Source: Octopus bimaculoides (Eukaryota). From it: 64,000 bases of DNA. Made by a program: the position numbers and the translations under genes. Below are positions 1 to 12,060 of this stretch, one piece after another; the first letter of the stretch is position 1; every line of letters starts with the position of its first letter. The DNA lies in assembly GCF_001194135.2 (NCBI RefSeq), contig NC_068996.1, positions 29,801,899-29,865,898 of the forward strand, in the 5' to 3' direction. The notes beneath the pieces were generated by a model. That model was not told where the DNA came from, searched no databases, and saw only the letters and a list, made by a program, of their open reading frames with translations.

Positions 1-189
1 CCTCGTTGGTTTTTGGTGTCGCATGGCCAAAATTACCGTGGGTTTTTTAGAGACACTTTCAAATTTATCAGAATATTGGGCTGAAGAGTGGAATAGAGTA
101 ACTTCATACTCTTAACCGTGAAACGTCGTATCCAATTAACTAAAGACAGGTTTGTTTTTGCTTTTCCCTTTTGTTTTTGTTGTGTGTGT

Positions 190-376
190 GCCATAAAATA
201 TCGCCATCCGTTAGAGATGTTGGTGCATTTGCATCCCTGTAATTTAGCTGTTCAGCAGAAGAGACTGATAAAATAAGCACCAGGCTTACAGGAAATAAGT
301 CTAGAAGTTAATTTCTTCAACTAAAGGGTGGTGCTCCAGTACGGCCACCGTCAAATGACTGAAACAAGTAAAAGAA
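190..376 (+). mobile_element. SINE 3' portion (AAATGACTGAAACAAGTAAAAGA tail family)
   Basis: Same tail recurs at ~9835-10030, ~12600-12770, and in reverse at ~35755-35935 and ~41410-41575. Confidence 0.7.
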
Positions 377-1452
377 TACTGGAAGTACGTTCTGTACCCC
401 TAAACCAAGAAGGTTCTTTGAATATGTACGATGTATTTTATGGTTAAATAGTAATTTCGTTTACGCTTGTGTAACTGAGATATTTCAGTGGGATTATATA
501 GTTATCGGTTTTACCTTAACTTCTATATTCTGTAACTGTTACAATATACTTTTCTAGTCCTGAAATTTTTGTCGGGAAGGGGTCAGTTGATTAGATCGAC
601 CCCCGTACACAACTGGTTCTTAATTTATCGACGTCAAAAGGATGAAAGGCAGTCGACCTTGGCAGAATTTGAAACATTTCTCAAGGCACCAGTACACTGT
701 TTACAGATGCTTACATTTTTTTATGTTTTCCGTGAATTTTTCATAGGTTCAGCTAGTAAAATATAATTACAAGTAGCATTTGACTTTTCTGAACAGCCTT
801 ACTAGAGGCTTCAGTACTCATCATAGAGACAAAGCTACAAATAATCATATATTCTATTTACTATAAAATTAATTAGTTCATATATGAGTAGTGTCCCTTT
901 AATATCACGCAAAAATCGATAAAAGTTTGAGAATTAAAATTAAATATTTTCTTTTCTAATGGATAAAATTTTACGAAATCTTTACCACTATACTTCTTTA
1001 ACATTTCTCTTTCATATTAATATCAATATCATAATTCTTAATCAAAATTAAAAGGATGATGTGGATTCAAAGTATCGATATCGGGCTTACTACCCATCAG
1101 TCAATCAGTTTGGTCTATATATTTTTTCTCTTAACTTTTGTTCTACTGCACCAGATTTTAAGCATTTTATGTCTAAATGTAGCATATGAAGAGTCAAACA
1201 TAATTAAAAGAAACTAAATTTGATTTCGATTAAAACTGAATTAGTGAGACTGCTTGGAAGACGCCAACTGTGACAAAAATGCTATGTTAAGAATATTATT
1301 CAACTACTACTGTGGTTGAATGATAACAAGAATAATGTATACTGCTAATCTAAGAGCAAATCTCAATAATACCCAAACAAAACCAATGCGTTAATAAAAC
1401 TTAATGCAACCATTAGACAAAAATGTGGGAGGAAACAGATGCTACAAGTTAA

Positions 1453-1730
1453 TCTATCTATATATATAAAGATGAGAATGTGTGTCTGTCTGTCCGTGTG
1501 AATCCCTAAAACTTGAGAATTATGCAACCAATTTCATTCAAATTTTACACATGCCTTACTTAAAGTCCAGGTAATGTCTTAGGCAAAAAATTTTTTTAAC
1601 TTCTCGCCTAGTGCGAGCTCAGTGCAACATCACATCTCCTCCACTATTGCAGTATTACGTGTCAAAAGTGAAACAACAACATCTCTCTATTGTAATGTCA
1701 GATATTTTCACTTTAATACTGAAACTATTA
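1453..1730 (+). mobile_element. Helitron-like 5' end fragment
   Basis: TC(TA)n-AAAGATGAG..GTCTGTCTGTCCGTG start, similar to the other Helitron 5' ends in this window. Confidence 0.5.
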
Positions 1731-1734
1731 TCTC

Positions 1735-2010
1735 GCATATATACATACTCACATATATATAATATATATATGTTATGCATATATATGTATACATCTGCAC
1801 AAATGTATATATATAGATGTATATATATACATGTATATATATACATGTATATATATACATGTATATGTATACATGTATATGTATAGCTGTATATGTATAT
1901 GTATAGATGTATATATATATATAGATATAGATGTATATGTATACATGTATATGTGTACATGTCTATATATAGATGTACATGTATATATACAGATGTACAT
2001 GTACACATAT
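1735..2010. repeat. Compound (TA)/(CATA)/(TATG) microsatellite
   Basis: Direct inspection. Confidence 0.95.
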
Positions 2011-2011
2011 A

Positions 2012-2397
2012 TTGTTGTTGTTGGCACTCCGTCGCTTACGACGTCGAGGGTTCCAGCTGATCCGATCAACGGAACAGCCTGCTCATAAAATTAACGTGAA
2101 AGTGGCTGAGCACTCCACAGACACGTGTACCCTTAATGTAGTTCTTGGGTATATTCAGCGTGACACAGTGTGACAAGGCTGACCCTTTGAATTACAGGCA
2201 CAACAGAAACAAGAAGAAAGAGTGAGAGAAAGTTGTGATGGAAGAGTACAGCAGGGTTCACCACCATCCCCTGCCGGAGCCTCGTGGAGCTTTAGGTGTT
2301 TACGCTCAATAAACACTCACAACGCCTGGTCTGGGAATCGATACCGTGATCTTATGACCACGAGTTCGCTGCCCTAACCACTGGGCCATTGCACCTC
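2012..2397 (-). mobile_element. Near full-length tRNA-derived SINE with (AAC)n tail
   Basis: Minus-strand head GGAGGTGCAATGGCCCAGTGG (A box) and GGTATCGATTCC (B box); CpG-rich. Confidence 0.8.
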
Positions 2398-2518
2398 CAC
2401 ACACATATATACATGTACACATATACACATATATACACATACATATATGTACACATATATATATATATATACACATATACATGCATACAAATATACTCAT
2501 ACGCGCACACATACATAG

Positions 2519-2845
2519 GTGCAGGTGTGGCTGTGTGGTAAGAAACTTGGTTCCAAAACACATGGTCCTGAGTTCAGTCCCACTGTGTGGTGACTTGGCA
2601 TGTGTCTTCTGCTATAGCCTCAGACCAACCAAAGCCTTGTGAGTGGATTTTCTAGACAGAAACTGAAAGAAATCAATCGTATATGTATGTATATATGTAA
2701 GTGTATGTGTGTATCTTTGTCTCTGTGTTTCTCCCTCATCACTGCTTCACAACTGTTGTTCGTTTATTTACATCCCCATAAGTTACTGGTTTCACAAGAA
2801 GAAATTGATAGAATAAGTACCAGGCTTATAAAAATAAAAAAGAAG
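2519..2845 (+). mobile_element. tRNA-headed SINE
   Basis: GGCTGTGTGGTAAG and GAGTTCAGTCCC boxes; the head recurs at ~7455, 12265, 23040, 60585 (+) and ~36000, 41600, 48120 (-). Confidence 0.75.
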
Positions 2846-3838
2846 TGGGCTGGCTACATCCCTGGCAGAGGCCTTGGATTTTGGTCTCACTTGGCTTGCT
2901 GGGTCTTCTCATGCACAGCATATTTCCAAAGGTCTCGGTCACAAGTCATTGCCTCGGTGAAGCCTAGTGTTCAGAGATTGTGCTTCACCACCTCATCCCA
3001 GATCTTCCTGGGCCTGCCTCTTCCACAGGTTCCCTCAACCGCTAGGGTGTGGCACTTTTTCACACAGCTATCCTCATCCATTCTCACCACATGACCATAC
3101 CAGCGCAATCGACTTTCTTGCACACCACAACTGATGCTTCTTAGGTTCAACTTTTCTCTCAAGATACTTACACTCTGTCGGGTATGCACACTGACATTAC
3201 TCCTCCATTGGAGCATACTGGCTTCATTCCTTGCGAGCTTACGTATGTCCTCAGCAGTCACGGCCCATGTTTCACTGCCATGTAGCATAGTTGTTCGTAC
3301 ACATGCGTCATACAGTATGCCTTTTACTCTGAGTGAGAGGCCCTTTGTCGCCAGCAGAGGTAAGAGCTCTTTGAGCTTTTCCCAGGCTATTCTTATTCTA
3401 GCAGCTACACTTTCAGTGCACCCTCCCCCACTACTAACTTGGTCATCCAGATAGTGGAAGCGATCAACTGTGTCTAGTTTTTCTCCCTGGAATGTGACAG
3501 AAGTTGTTTTCTGCACATTTTCAGTGTTTATTGCTTCTGAACATCTGCCACATACAAAAACTAACTTCCTAGTTGACCTTCCTTTGATATTGCTGCACCT
3601 CTTATGTGTCTATAGCTTGCACTGGATACATCTTATAGAGTTTTTGCCTACACCTTTTCTACAGATCAAGCAGGGCCATCTACCTGAAGGGGTTTGTGTT
3701 TTATCTACCTTCCTACTTATTAGGACTAAGGCCCTTCGATTCTAGTCCTTCCTTCCACACCTGAAACTTCTCCTCTAGTTCTAATAGACTCAGCAATTAG
3801 TGCAAGGTCATCAGCATAGAGGAGCTCCCAGGGGCATC
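2846..3838 (-). mobile_element. RTE-clade LINE, 3' half of RT (from [11 protein letters not shown] to GRGRPRKIW)
   Basis: YADD, LRWYGHVVRM and GRPRK motifs; frameshifted. Confidence 0.93.
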
Positions 3839-4571
3839 AAGAGTATGAAGACAGGAAAAGCCCCCGGCCCATCNNNNNNNNNNATGAAGACAGGAAAAGC
3901 CCCCGGCCCATCAGGAATCACTGCAGAGATGCTCAAAATATCTGGCAGTGTCGGCTATAGCCTAATGACCCATATAGTTAATCAGGTGATACACAAAGGT
4001 GTTATACCCAATGAATGGTGTAGCAGCACCACAGTCAACTGCTACAAAGGTAAAGGTGATGCCCTAGACACAAACAATTACAGAGGTATCAAGTTGTTGG
4101 ACCAGGTAATGAAGGTCACGGAGAGGGTCATAGCTCAACTAATTAGGGAGCGAGTCAGTTCAGATGAGATGAAGTTTGGGTTCGTTCCAGGAAAAAGCAC
4201 CACTGATGCTATATTTCTGGTAAGACAGCTGCAGGAGAAATACCTAGCTAAGGATAAACCTCTGTACCTGGCTTTCGTTGACATGGAGAAAGCTTTTGAC
4301 AGGGTCCCCTGATCCCCTATCTGGTGGTCAATGAGGAAACTAGGGATAGATGAGTGGTTAGTGAGAGCTGTGCAAGCCATTTATAGGGACGCTGTCAGTA
4401 AGGTGAGGGTTGGCAATGAGTATAGTGAAGGATTCCGGGTAGAGGTAGGAGTCCACCAAGGTTCAATCCTCAGCCCCCTCCTATTTATCATAGTCCTCCA
4501 GGTGATAACAGAGGAATTCAAGANNNNNNNNNNTATCATAGTCCTCCAGGTGATAACAGAGGAATTCAAGA
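3839..4571 (+). mobile_element. RTE-clade LINE, N-terminal RT ([39 protein letters not shown]), inverted relative to the adjacent piece
   Basis: Canonical non-LTR RT motifs in ORFs 3800-4312 and 4331-4570. Confidence 0.95.
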
Positions 4572-4636
4572 TATATATATATATATATATAATACACACA
4601 CACACACATACATGTATGTATATGTTTATATTCATA

Positions 4637-6294
4637 TCTATTATATAAAAGTCAATGTCTTTATGTGTGTTTGTGCATTACTTAGACATTCAAAAACTAC
4701 TGCACCGATCCTAATGAAATTTGGAACACAAAATCCAAGCCTACGGAGTTGCTATGTCTTTCATACAATTTCATGGACCAAAATTACTGAGTGGATTCTT
4801 ATGATATTTGGAACTTAGATTCAATGCATAAGGGTAGGTATAATGCAGTATGTTTGGTCTGAATTTGAGATGGATTAAAGGGGGCAGAACCCCCATGAAA
4901 ATTTATAAATTTTCGATGTTGATGAAACTTCAACCATGGGTAATTGACACACATCAAGATGTATTCTCAAACTTTCCACATCTCATGAGGATTCTAACAC
5001 CCCCTAATGGGGGCTTTAACTCCTAAATTTTAGTCATTTTTAATGACCCAAAATTACGTCAAAAGTACTGAATGGAAGTTTATGAAATTTGATATTTATA
5101 TTCTATGCATAAGGGCCATAACTACCATGAAAATTCATATATTTTTCCTGTTGATGAAATTTCAACCATAGATATTAGACACGAAGTAATATTTCTAAAA
5201 TTTCATCTTCTTAGAAGTTAGAAAGACCTCTTCATGGAGACTTAACACCCACAATTTTGTCATTTTATCTAAGCAAAGAATACAGTTGTACTCTTGGAAG
5301 CTGTAGGGCCACCCGAGCACAAAATATGAGCGTTATTTGTAATCCAATGATACAACAGTGTAAGAGTTTGTGTTGAGATATACTTACATTGTGATTTCTG
5401 CAATGTGGTACATAAATTGTCATATAAATGAGAGGCATCCTTGCCTCCACTGATTCACTTGCAAAGTGTTGAGTAAAGTTATTTCCTTGCAGACCTCCTT
5501 TGAGTCTTTTTATTATCACTGGGTCACACATAGTTCCCAGGTGGTAACATTGATTTCAAGGCCTTCACAGATGAGTGACTGGTTATTCAAAGACATTTAT
5601 AGATTGTAAATTTATTCTGTCCAGTTACCTATCGGTATAGTGGTCAGTTGCAAACTCTAGAGGTGACACTTTCATTTCTCCTTAGCCCTCACGTCACACA
5701 GTTGTTAATATTTATTTCAGTTGGGTCACGCCCTTCCAATTGCTATAGATCCGTACTGCATCTTACAGCTGTGAATTCTACATTGGGGAGTAATAACGAC
5801 TAGGGTAGGGTAGCTAACTGCTTATTGTGATCATTCGTCTTTTGGTTTTCTGTAGCTTTGCTCTTTTACAAACCCAGTGAACATACATATATCTATTGTT
5901 CGAATTTCTTTGAAATAGGAAATATAACACCCAAGTCAAAAAGATTCTCAACAATTCAACTTCTCTGGTTGACATTAAGACACCCACCCCTAATAGGGGC
6001 CTTAACTCCTACATTTTAGAGCTCCATGACCTCCAATTTTCAGAAGCAAAATCTTTTTTACAGGTTCCAGAAGACTGAAATTTTGGAATATGCGCATAAA
6101 GATCAATAGTATGGGATACATGTCTCATGATTAGAATTTTTTTACGGTGTGTAAAGAGGGAAAGAACCCTCATCTGCAATTTTGATGAAATTCGAATCAT
6201 AGGTATTCCAGTTCATTAGAGAAAATATAACAGAAAAGTCTAATTCTTCCATTGCATGTAACGTAACATGGGCAACGCTGGGTATCTCTGCTAG
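4637..6294 (+). mobile_element. Non-autonomous Helitron-like element
   Basis: A|TC 5' end; decayed GGGCAACGCTGGG hairpin then CTAG|T at 6291-6295; internal ~240-bp repeats. Confidence 0.65.
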
Positions 6295-6564
6295 TATTAT
6301 ATAAATATATCTTTTGCGAACTTATTACCTTCCTATTTTCCATTATATCTAAGAATAATTTTATTTACTGACAAACATACAAAGACAAAGGTATTTGTTA
6401 ACCTTTTGATGTTTCAACACTAAAGAAAGAAAAATTTTCATGATACACAAAAATAATGAGGGTAGTGTGGCTTAAAAGAGTTATGAAATATTTGAATTTC
6501 AGTATAAAAAGTGTGTATTTTATAACACGGCATTGTTTATTGAGTGTGATACAAATTATGTGAT

Positions 6565-7345
6565 GTCATCATCATTTAACATCTGCCTTCCATGTTGGCA
6601 TGGGTTGGATGGTTTGACATGGAGCTGTCCAGACTCCAACTATCTATTGTAGCATGGTTTCTAAAGCTTGGATACCCTTCCTCACACGATCCACTTAACG
6701 GAGTCTTCTGGATGCTTTTTATGTGCCACCAGCATTGGCATGGATGTGTTTATGCAGTATTGGCACCTGAAAGGATAAGCCTACATGTATGGAAGACTGA
6801 TTTTACTTACATTGACACATCAAGTACAGCAAATTGCTACATCTGCCAGTCCTTTGCCATTTCCTCAGTGAGATCTAGTGTCCAAAACTCCTTTCTCACC
6901 ACTTAGTCCATCTCATGTCTTCCTGGGTACCCTCCACAGTTAGAGCTTGGCACTACTTTATGCAAATGTCCTCATCCATACACATCACATGACCAAACCA
7001 ATGCAGTCTTCTCCCTTGCACACAACATCTGATGCCTTATACCCAGTTTCCCTCTTAAATTATTTACACTGTTGTACGAGCACACTGACATTTCCCATCC
7101 AGCAGAACATGCTAACTTCATTTCTTTCAAGCCTTTGCAAGTCCTCTATTGTCAATGCCCATATTCCACAGCTGTATGTACACAGGCATCATACAATCTA
7201 TCATTCACTCTGAGGGAGAGGCCCTTAGTTACCAACAAAGGTAGAAGCTCTCTGAACTTCGGCCAGCCTGATCTTATTCTAGTAACTACACTTTCAGAAC
7301 TTCCTCCACCACTACGAACTTGGGTCTCCTAGGTAACAGGAACTA
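6565..7345 (-). mobile_element. Decayed RTE LINE 3' fragment with (GAT)n tail
   Basis: Similar to other RTE copies in the window. Confidence 0.8.
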
Positions 7346-8544
7346 TCTACTACTTCTAATGATCCCTGGAGCATTTAAGGGAGTCCATTACCTGTGCATT
7401 TTTAGTGCTTATTGTACCTGCACATTTGCGACTATGTCAACTTTGGAAAATAAACGCTTGTGGTTCCAGGTTCAGTCTCACTGCATGGCACCTTGGGCAA
7501 GTATCTTCTACCATAGCCTCAAGTCAACCAAAACCTTGTGAGTGGATTTGGTAGACAGGAACTGACAGAAGCTCATCATGTGTGTGTGTGTGTGTAATAT
7601 ATATATATAAATAAAAACACAAACACATATATATATATATATAATTCTTAGTCTGTCCGTTCTCTATGCATTCTCAAATGGCTTGACCAAATCAATTCAA
7701 ATTTTACAAGGTAATAATAGTATTACACCCCACGACTGTCAACATAATTTTATTTTTTCATTTGCATTAAAATAATATAACATTTTTTAGAAATAATCTT
7801 TCTATAGTCAACTATAGTAAAGGACACTTTATACCACAACAAGTCACATTTTCTATGAGTGTGTGTTTTTCTGCGTTAGGTACATTACTAAACACACACC
7901 TAGACATACATATACATATGTGAATGTATGCCTGTCTGTGTCTTTTTTAGTATATGTGATAACGTTTTATTTTCATTTCAATTAAAACACATATCTGTGA
8001 CAAAAACAATGAGATGAAACGCTATGTATGTCTGTGTCATCTCATTTTGTATATGAATGTGTGTCTCTGAGAATGTGTGTGTTTGCGATACACACATCTA
8101 CACATACATATTCATGTGACAACTCACAAAAACAATGAGGTGAAAAGCAATGTATGCCTCTGTGTGTCTGTCTTACTATATGTGACAATGTATATATATG
8201 TGTGTCAGTGTACTAGTATGTCTGTGAGTGTGTTTCCATGTTAGGTATGTTATCAAGCACACACACACACACACACATCTACACATACATGTGTGACGAC
8301 TGACATACATGAATGTATGTCTGTCTTAGTATATGTATGTGAGATAATTTTTATTTTCATTTGGTTTAAAACACACATCTACACATACATATTTGTTCAA
8401 TACCCTGTTGGATATCTGAACACACTCAAACTCAATGGGATGCCACCGCATAACTTCAGTTGGATGCTCCCATAATATTACTTAGGAATTTTGACCCATC
8501 TCACCTGCTTAATTGTTACTTCCATGAAGCCCCATGTCTTAGAG

Positions 8545-9084
8545 CAGGGGGTTACCAAACTTTTTCACAGCGAGCCACATAACTGAGAGAATGATGAATG
8601 CAGACCACATAATCATTTTGTTCAATACAATATAGTGAATACACAAAAAATAAAGACAACTAACATATTTATTTACCAAAAAGTTATCAAAGAAGATGAC
8701 ATTAGCAATAAGATAGTTTTATCACACCCAGTGCGCACATATCCGAATCTCACAAACTAAGCAGCAAAAAAGATTAGTGAAATTTGTGAAACTGGTGTTT
8801 AGCTTTTAAGATATCATCCATCTTTGCTTTGGAATTGCTGCATCCAACCAAGAGAATTGCTTTCAAATGTTCATCAGTCAACCTTTTTCAATGTGCTGAC
8901 TTCACATGCTTCATTTTTGAAAATGTTTGCTCACAGACATAAATTGTTCCAAACAATTATGCCACACCAGAGACAAATGAACTCGCATTGCAGATACTTA
9001 CACAAAAAGTACAGTGCAGCAGAAAGCCAAGTGAACTGACCTTGCGGGTCGGATCTGGCCTGCAGGCCATAGTTTGGTGACCCG
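8545..9084. mobile_element. hAT (Charlie-like) MITE inserted in the Helitron helicase
   Basis: TIRs CAGGGGGTTACCAAACT / AGTTTGGTGACCCG; 8-bp TSD TCTTAGAG/TCCTAGAG; helicase frame resumes on both sides. Confidence 0.85.
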
Positions 9085-9164
9085 TCCTAGAGGCAACAAT
9101 CATAATAGGTAGTCACAAAGAAGAAAATGTCTTTATTCTAAAATTTCCTCTCATAACCTTTCTG

Positions 9165-9372
9165 TTCAAGAGCCTGACTGGCCCTCGTGCCGGTGGCACG
9201 TAAAAGCACCCACTACACTCTCAGAGTGGTTGGCGTTAGGAAGGGCATCCAGCTGTAGAAACTCTGCCAAATCAGATTGGAGCCTGGTGTCACCTCCTGG
9301 TCCACTAGTCTTCAGTCAAATTGTCCAACCCATGCTAGCATGGAAAGCGGACGTTAAACGACGATGATGATA
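9165..9372 (+). mobile_element. RTE LINE 3' UTR/tail inserted in the Helitron helicase
   Basis: CACCCACTACACTCTC..CATGCTAGCATGGAAAGCGGACGTTAAACGACGATGATGAT tail. Confidence 0.85.
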
Positions 9373-11202
9373 CCTACAGATGTTCCATTTGAATTTAAGA
9401 TGCTTCAGTTTACAGTTAAGCTAAGTTTTGCTATTTCAATCAACAAATCTCAGGGTCAATCCCTCAAGGTAGATGAACTTGATCTCTCTACTACATGCTT
9501 CTCCCACAGCCAACTCTACGGTGCTTGCTCATGAGTTGGAAGCAGCAACAATTTATTCATTTGAACACCAACAAAAAAATTACACAGTGAATATTGTTTA
9601 CCCTGAGGTGCTTCAAGATTGACAGATTTTCAGTTCTAAATTCCATTAGCATTACAATTTAGATTTTTTAAAATAAAATATATTTTGAATTAATTATGAG
9701 AAAAAAATATATCTTCATAATTATTGTTTAATAATCTGAATAAGAACAGCAGTAACCCGGGCAACTGGGTCATTCAGCTAGTGTGTCTGTGCATGCACAC
9801 CTTTGTGTCTGTATTTGCCCCCCCCCCCCACACCATCATTTGACAACTAGTGTTGGTGTGTTTACATTCCCGTAACTTAGTAGTTTGACAAAAGATACCG
9901 ATAGAATAAGTATGAAGCCTACAAAAGAATAAGTCCCGAGGTCAATTTCTTTGACTTAAAAAAAGAAAAAACCTTTAAGGCAGTGCTCCAACATGGCCAC
10001 AGTCAAATGACTGAAACAAGTAAAAGAATAAAAGAAATAGATATAATATTAAAGCAAACAAAGACTTGAAATAGAAAATATTGCCATAAAAAAGAAAGAA
10101 AGAGAAGATATGTGGTTGTATCACAAAATACTATTTATTTATGATAGTTGGAAACACTAAATTGCCTGATAGTTTCTTCATGAAAGTACTGTTCTTATAC
10201 AAACAACTAAAGGCAATTGTTTTCTTTTGCTCATTTACCATTATTTTGAAATCAACAATAACATTTAATTACAATAAAAAATATAAGCTTTTGAAAACAA
10301 TAACCTTAGTAGAAATCAATAGTTGTGATGATCACAGTCCAGATGTAGAAAACAATTTTAGTATTTGAAGCTACTGATAGCTCTCTCTATCTCTCTCTCT
10401 GCAATGACATTGTGATTCCAGAGCTGAGAAAGGATCTAGAAGTGCATCTGTTAAATTTGTTTTGCAACTGATTAATTTATGGAGTGCATATGTTAATTTC
10501 TTTTTACATTACCACTTTTGAAAAAGAATATTGCATTTCTTATGGTGGGAGTGACAAAGGACTGTCTGTAACTTAGTGTATGACAAATAATACAAAGGAC
10601 CTCATTAAAAGAGAATTAGTTCTTCAGTTCTTTGCCCATGTTTACATCCTTTCACAATATATCATAAAGGATAAGCACGCGCATACACACACACACACAC
10701 AGGACAGACTTCTGTACAGTTTCTGTCTAGCAAACTCCACTCACAGGGTTACCTTCAGGTCATTATTTGCAATAATGAGTGCGATTATAGTGTCAGCAAA
10801 AGGGTTCTGGATGTCTGCTGCATTCTGTTGGATTTTTATATTTAAGTAAATTCTTTACATGTGTATTATTCAATAAAAGAAAGACAGAAACATGCATTCA
10901 TATGAACACACACGCACACGTGCAAACATATAGTGTTTTAATTCAAATATTATAACAATAAAATTAGCATGATAATAGGTAAAAAAAAAAGTGAAAAAAA
11001 TTAAAACTTTTCTTAGATTGTAGTGCCTCAGCCATAAAGTCATAAAATTTACACATGCATGCGCACAAACATACACACCCATTATATACAAGTGTACATT
11101 ACACTACTAAAACAGACACATACTAACACATGTCTAAGATAAAATCAGTTGGAGTTTAATGTAGAGACTTCAGAAAGTTTAAGATACACAAAATTTTCTG
11201 CA

Positions 11203-11284
11203 TCAAAATGCCATCAATTCACATGTTTCCTGCTCCATATTCTCATCAGGGATTTCCAAGTTCTCAATTTGGGTAGCTAAACGG
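11203..11284 (-). CDS. NUP98: Nup96 terminal coding exon ([26 protein letters not shown])
   Basis: Long pyrimidine tract, cag| acceptor, TGA at 11205-11203. Confidence 0.85.
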
Positions 11285-12007
11285 CTGAAATAGAAGAAAA
11301 GAAAAAAAAAAATTTATACTTATCTGTTATTTAGCACCAAAACATATTTGTTAATTCTTTATTCATTTATAAATACATTTAGAATTAAAAAAGAGAGAGA
11401 AAGAGAAAACGGAATTTTACTAACTTGGTAATTTTAAAATCAAAATCATTCTGATGTAAAAGCATAGAAAATATTCTGAAAATATTTGATGTATTTTTAG
11501 ACATCTCTGAGATACACAATCTAGAATGAATTAAAGCAAAAAAAAAAAAAAAAAANNNNNNNNNNNNNNNNNNNNNNNNNNNNNNNNNNNNNNNNNNNNN
11601 NNNNNNNNNNNNNNNNNNNNNNNNNNNNNNNNNNNNNNNNNNNNNNNNNNNNNNNNNNNNNNNNNNNNNNNNNNNNNNNNNNNNNNNNNNNNNNNNNNNN
11701 NNNNNNNNNNNNNNNNNNNNNNNNNNNNNNNNNNNNNNNNNNNNNNNNNNNNNNNNNNNNNNNNNNNNNNNNNNNNNNNNNNNNNNNNNNNNNNNNNNNN
11801 NNNNNNNNNNNNNNNNNNNNNNNNNNNNNNNNNNNNNNNNNNNNNNNNNNNNNNNNNNNNNNNNNNNNNNNNNNNNNNNNNNNNNNNNNNNNNNNNNNNN
11901 NNNNNNNNNNNNNNNNNNNNNNNNNNNNNNNNNNNNNNNNNNNNNNNNNNNNNNNNNNNNNNNNNNNNNNNNNNNNNNNNNNNNNNNNNNNNNNNNNNNN
12001 NNNNNNN

Positions 12008-12060
<53 letters not shown>

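Larger units (their letters stand above)
7630..9781 (+). mobile_element. Helitron remnant containing the C-terminus of the PIF1-like helicase (8401-9622, disrupted)
   Basis: YPVGYLNTL..NGMPPH, APIILLRNFDP, LIVTSMKPHVLEATI, PFEFK.LQF.VKLSFAISINKSQGQSLKV, CFSHSQLYGACS, NIVYPEVL*; CCCGG-GCAA-CTGGG hairpin and CTAG|T at 9778-9782. Confidence 0.92.

Noticed and set aside
1611-2563. Several Tyr/Ile/His-rich ORFs on both strands
   Set aside because: Translations of TA/CATA microsatellites and a SINE, not genes.
3846-3913. Apparent tandem duplications flanking 10-N gaps (also 4494-4570 and 56547-56605)
   Set aside because: Identical sequence on both sides of a fixed 10-N spacer is an unmerged contig overlap.
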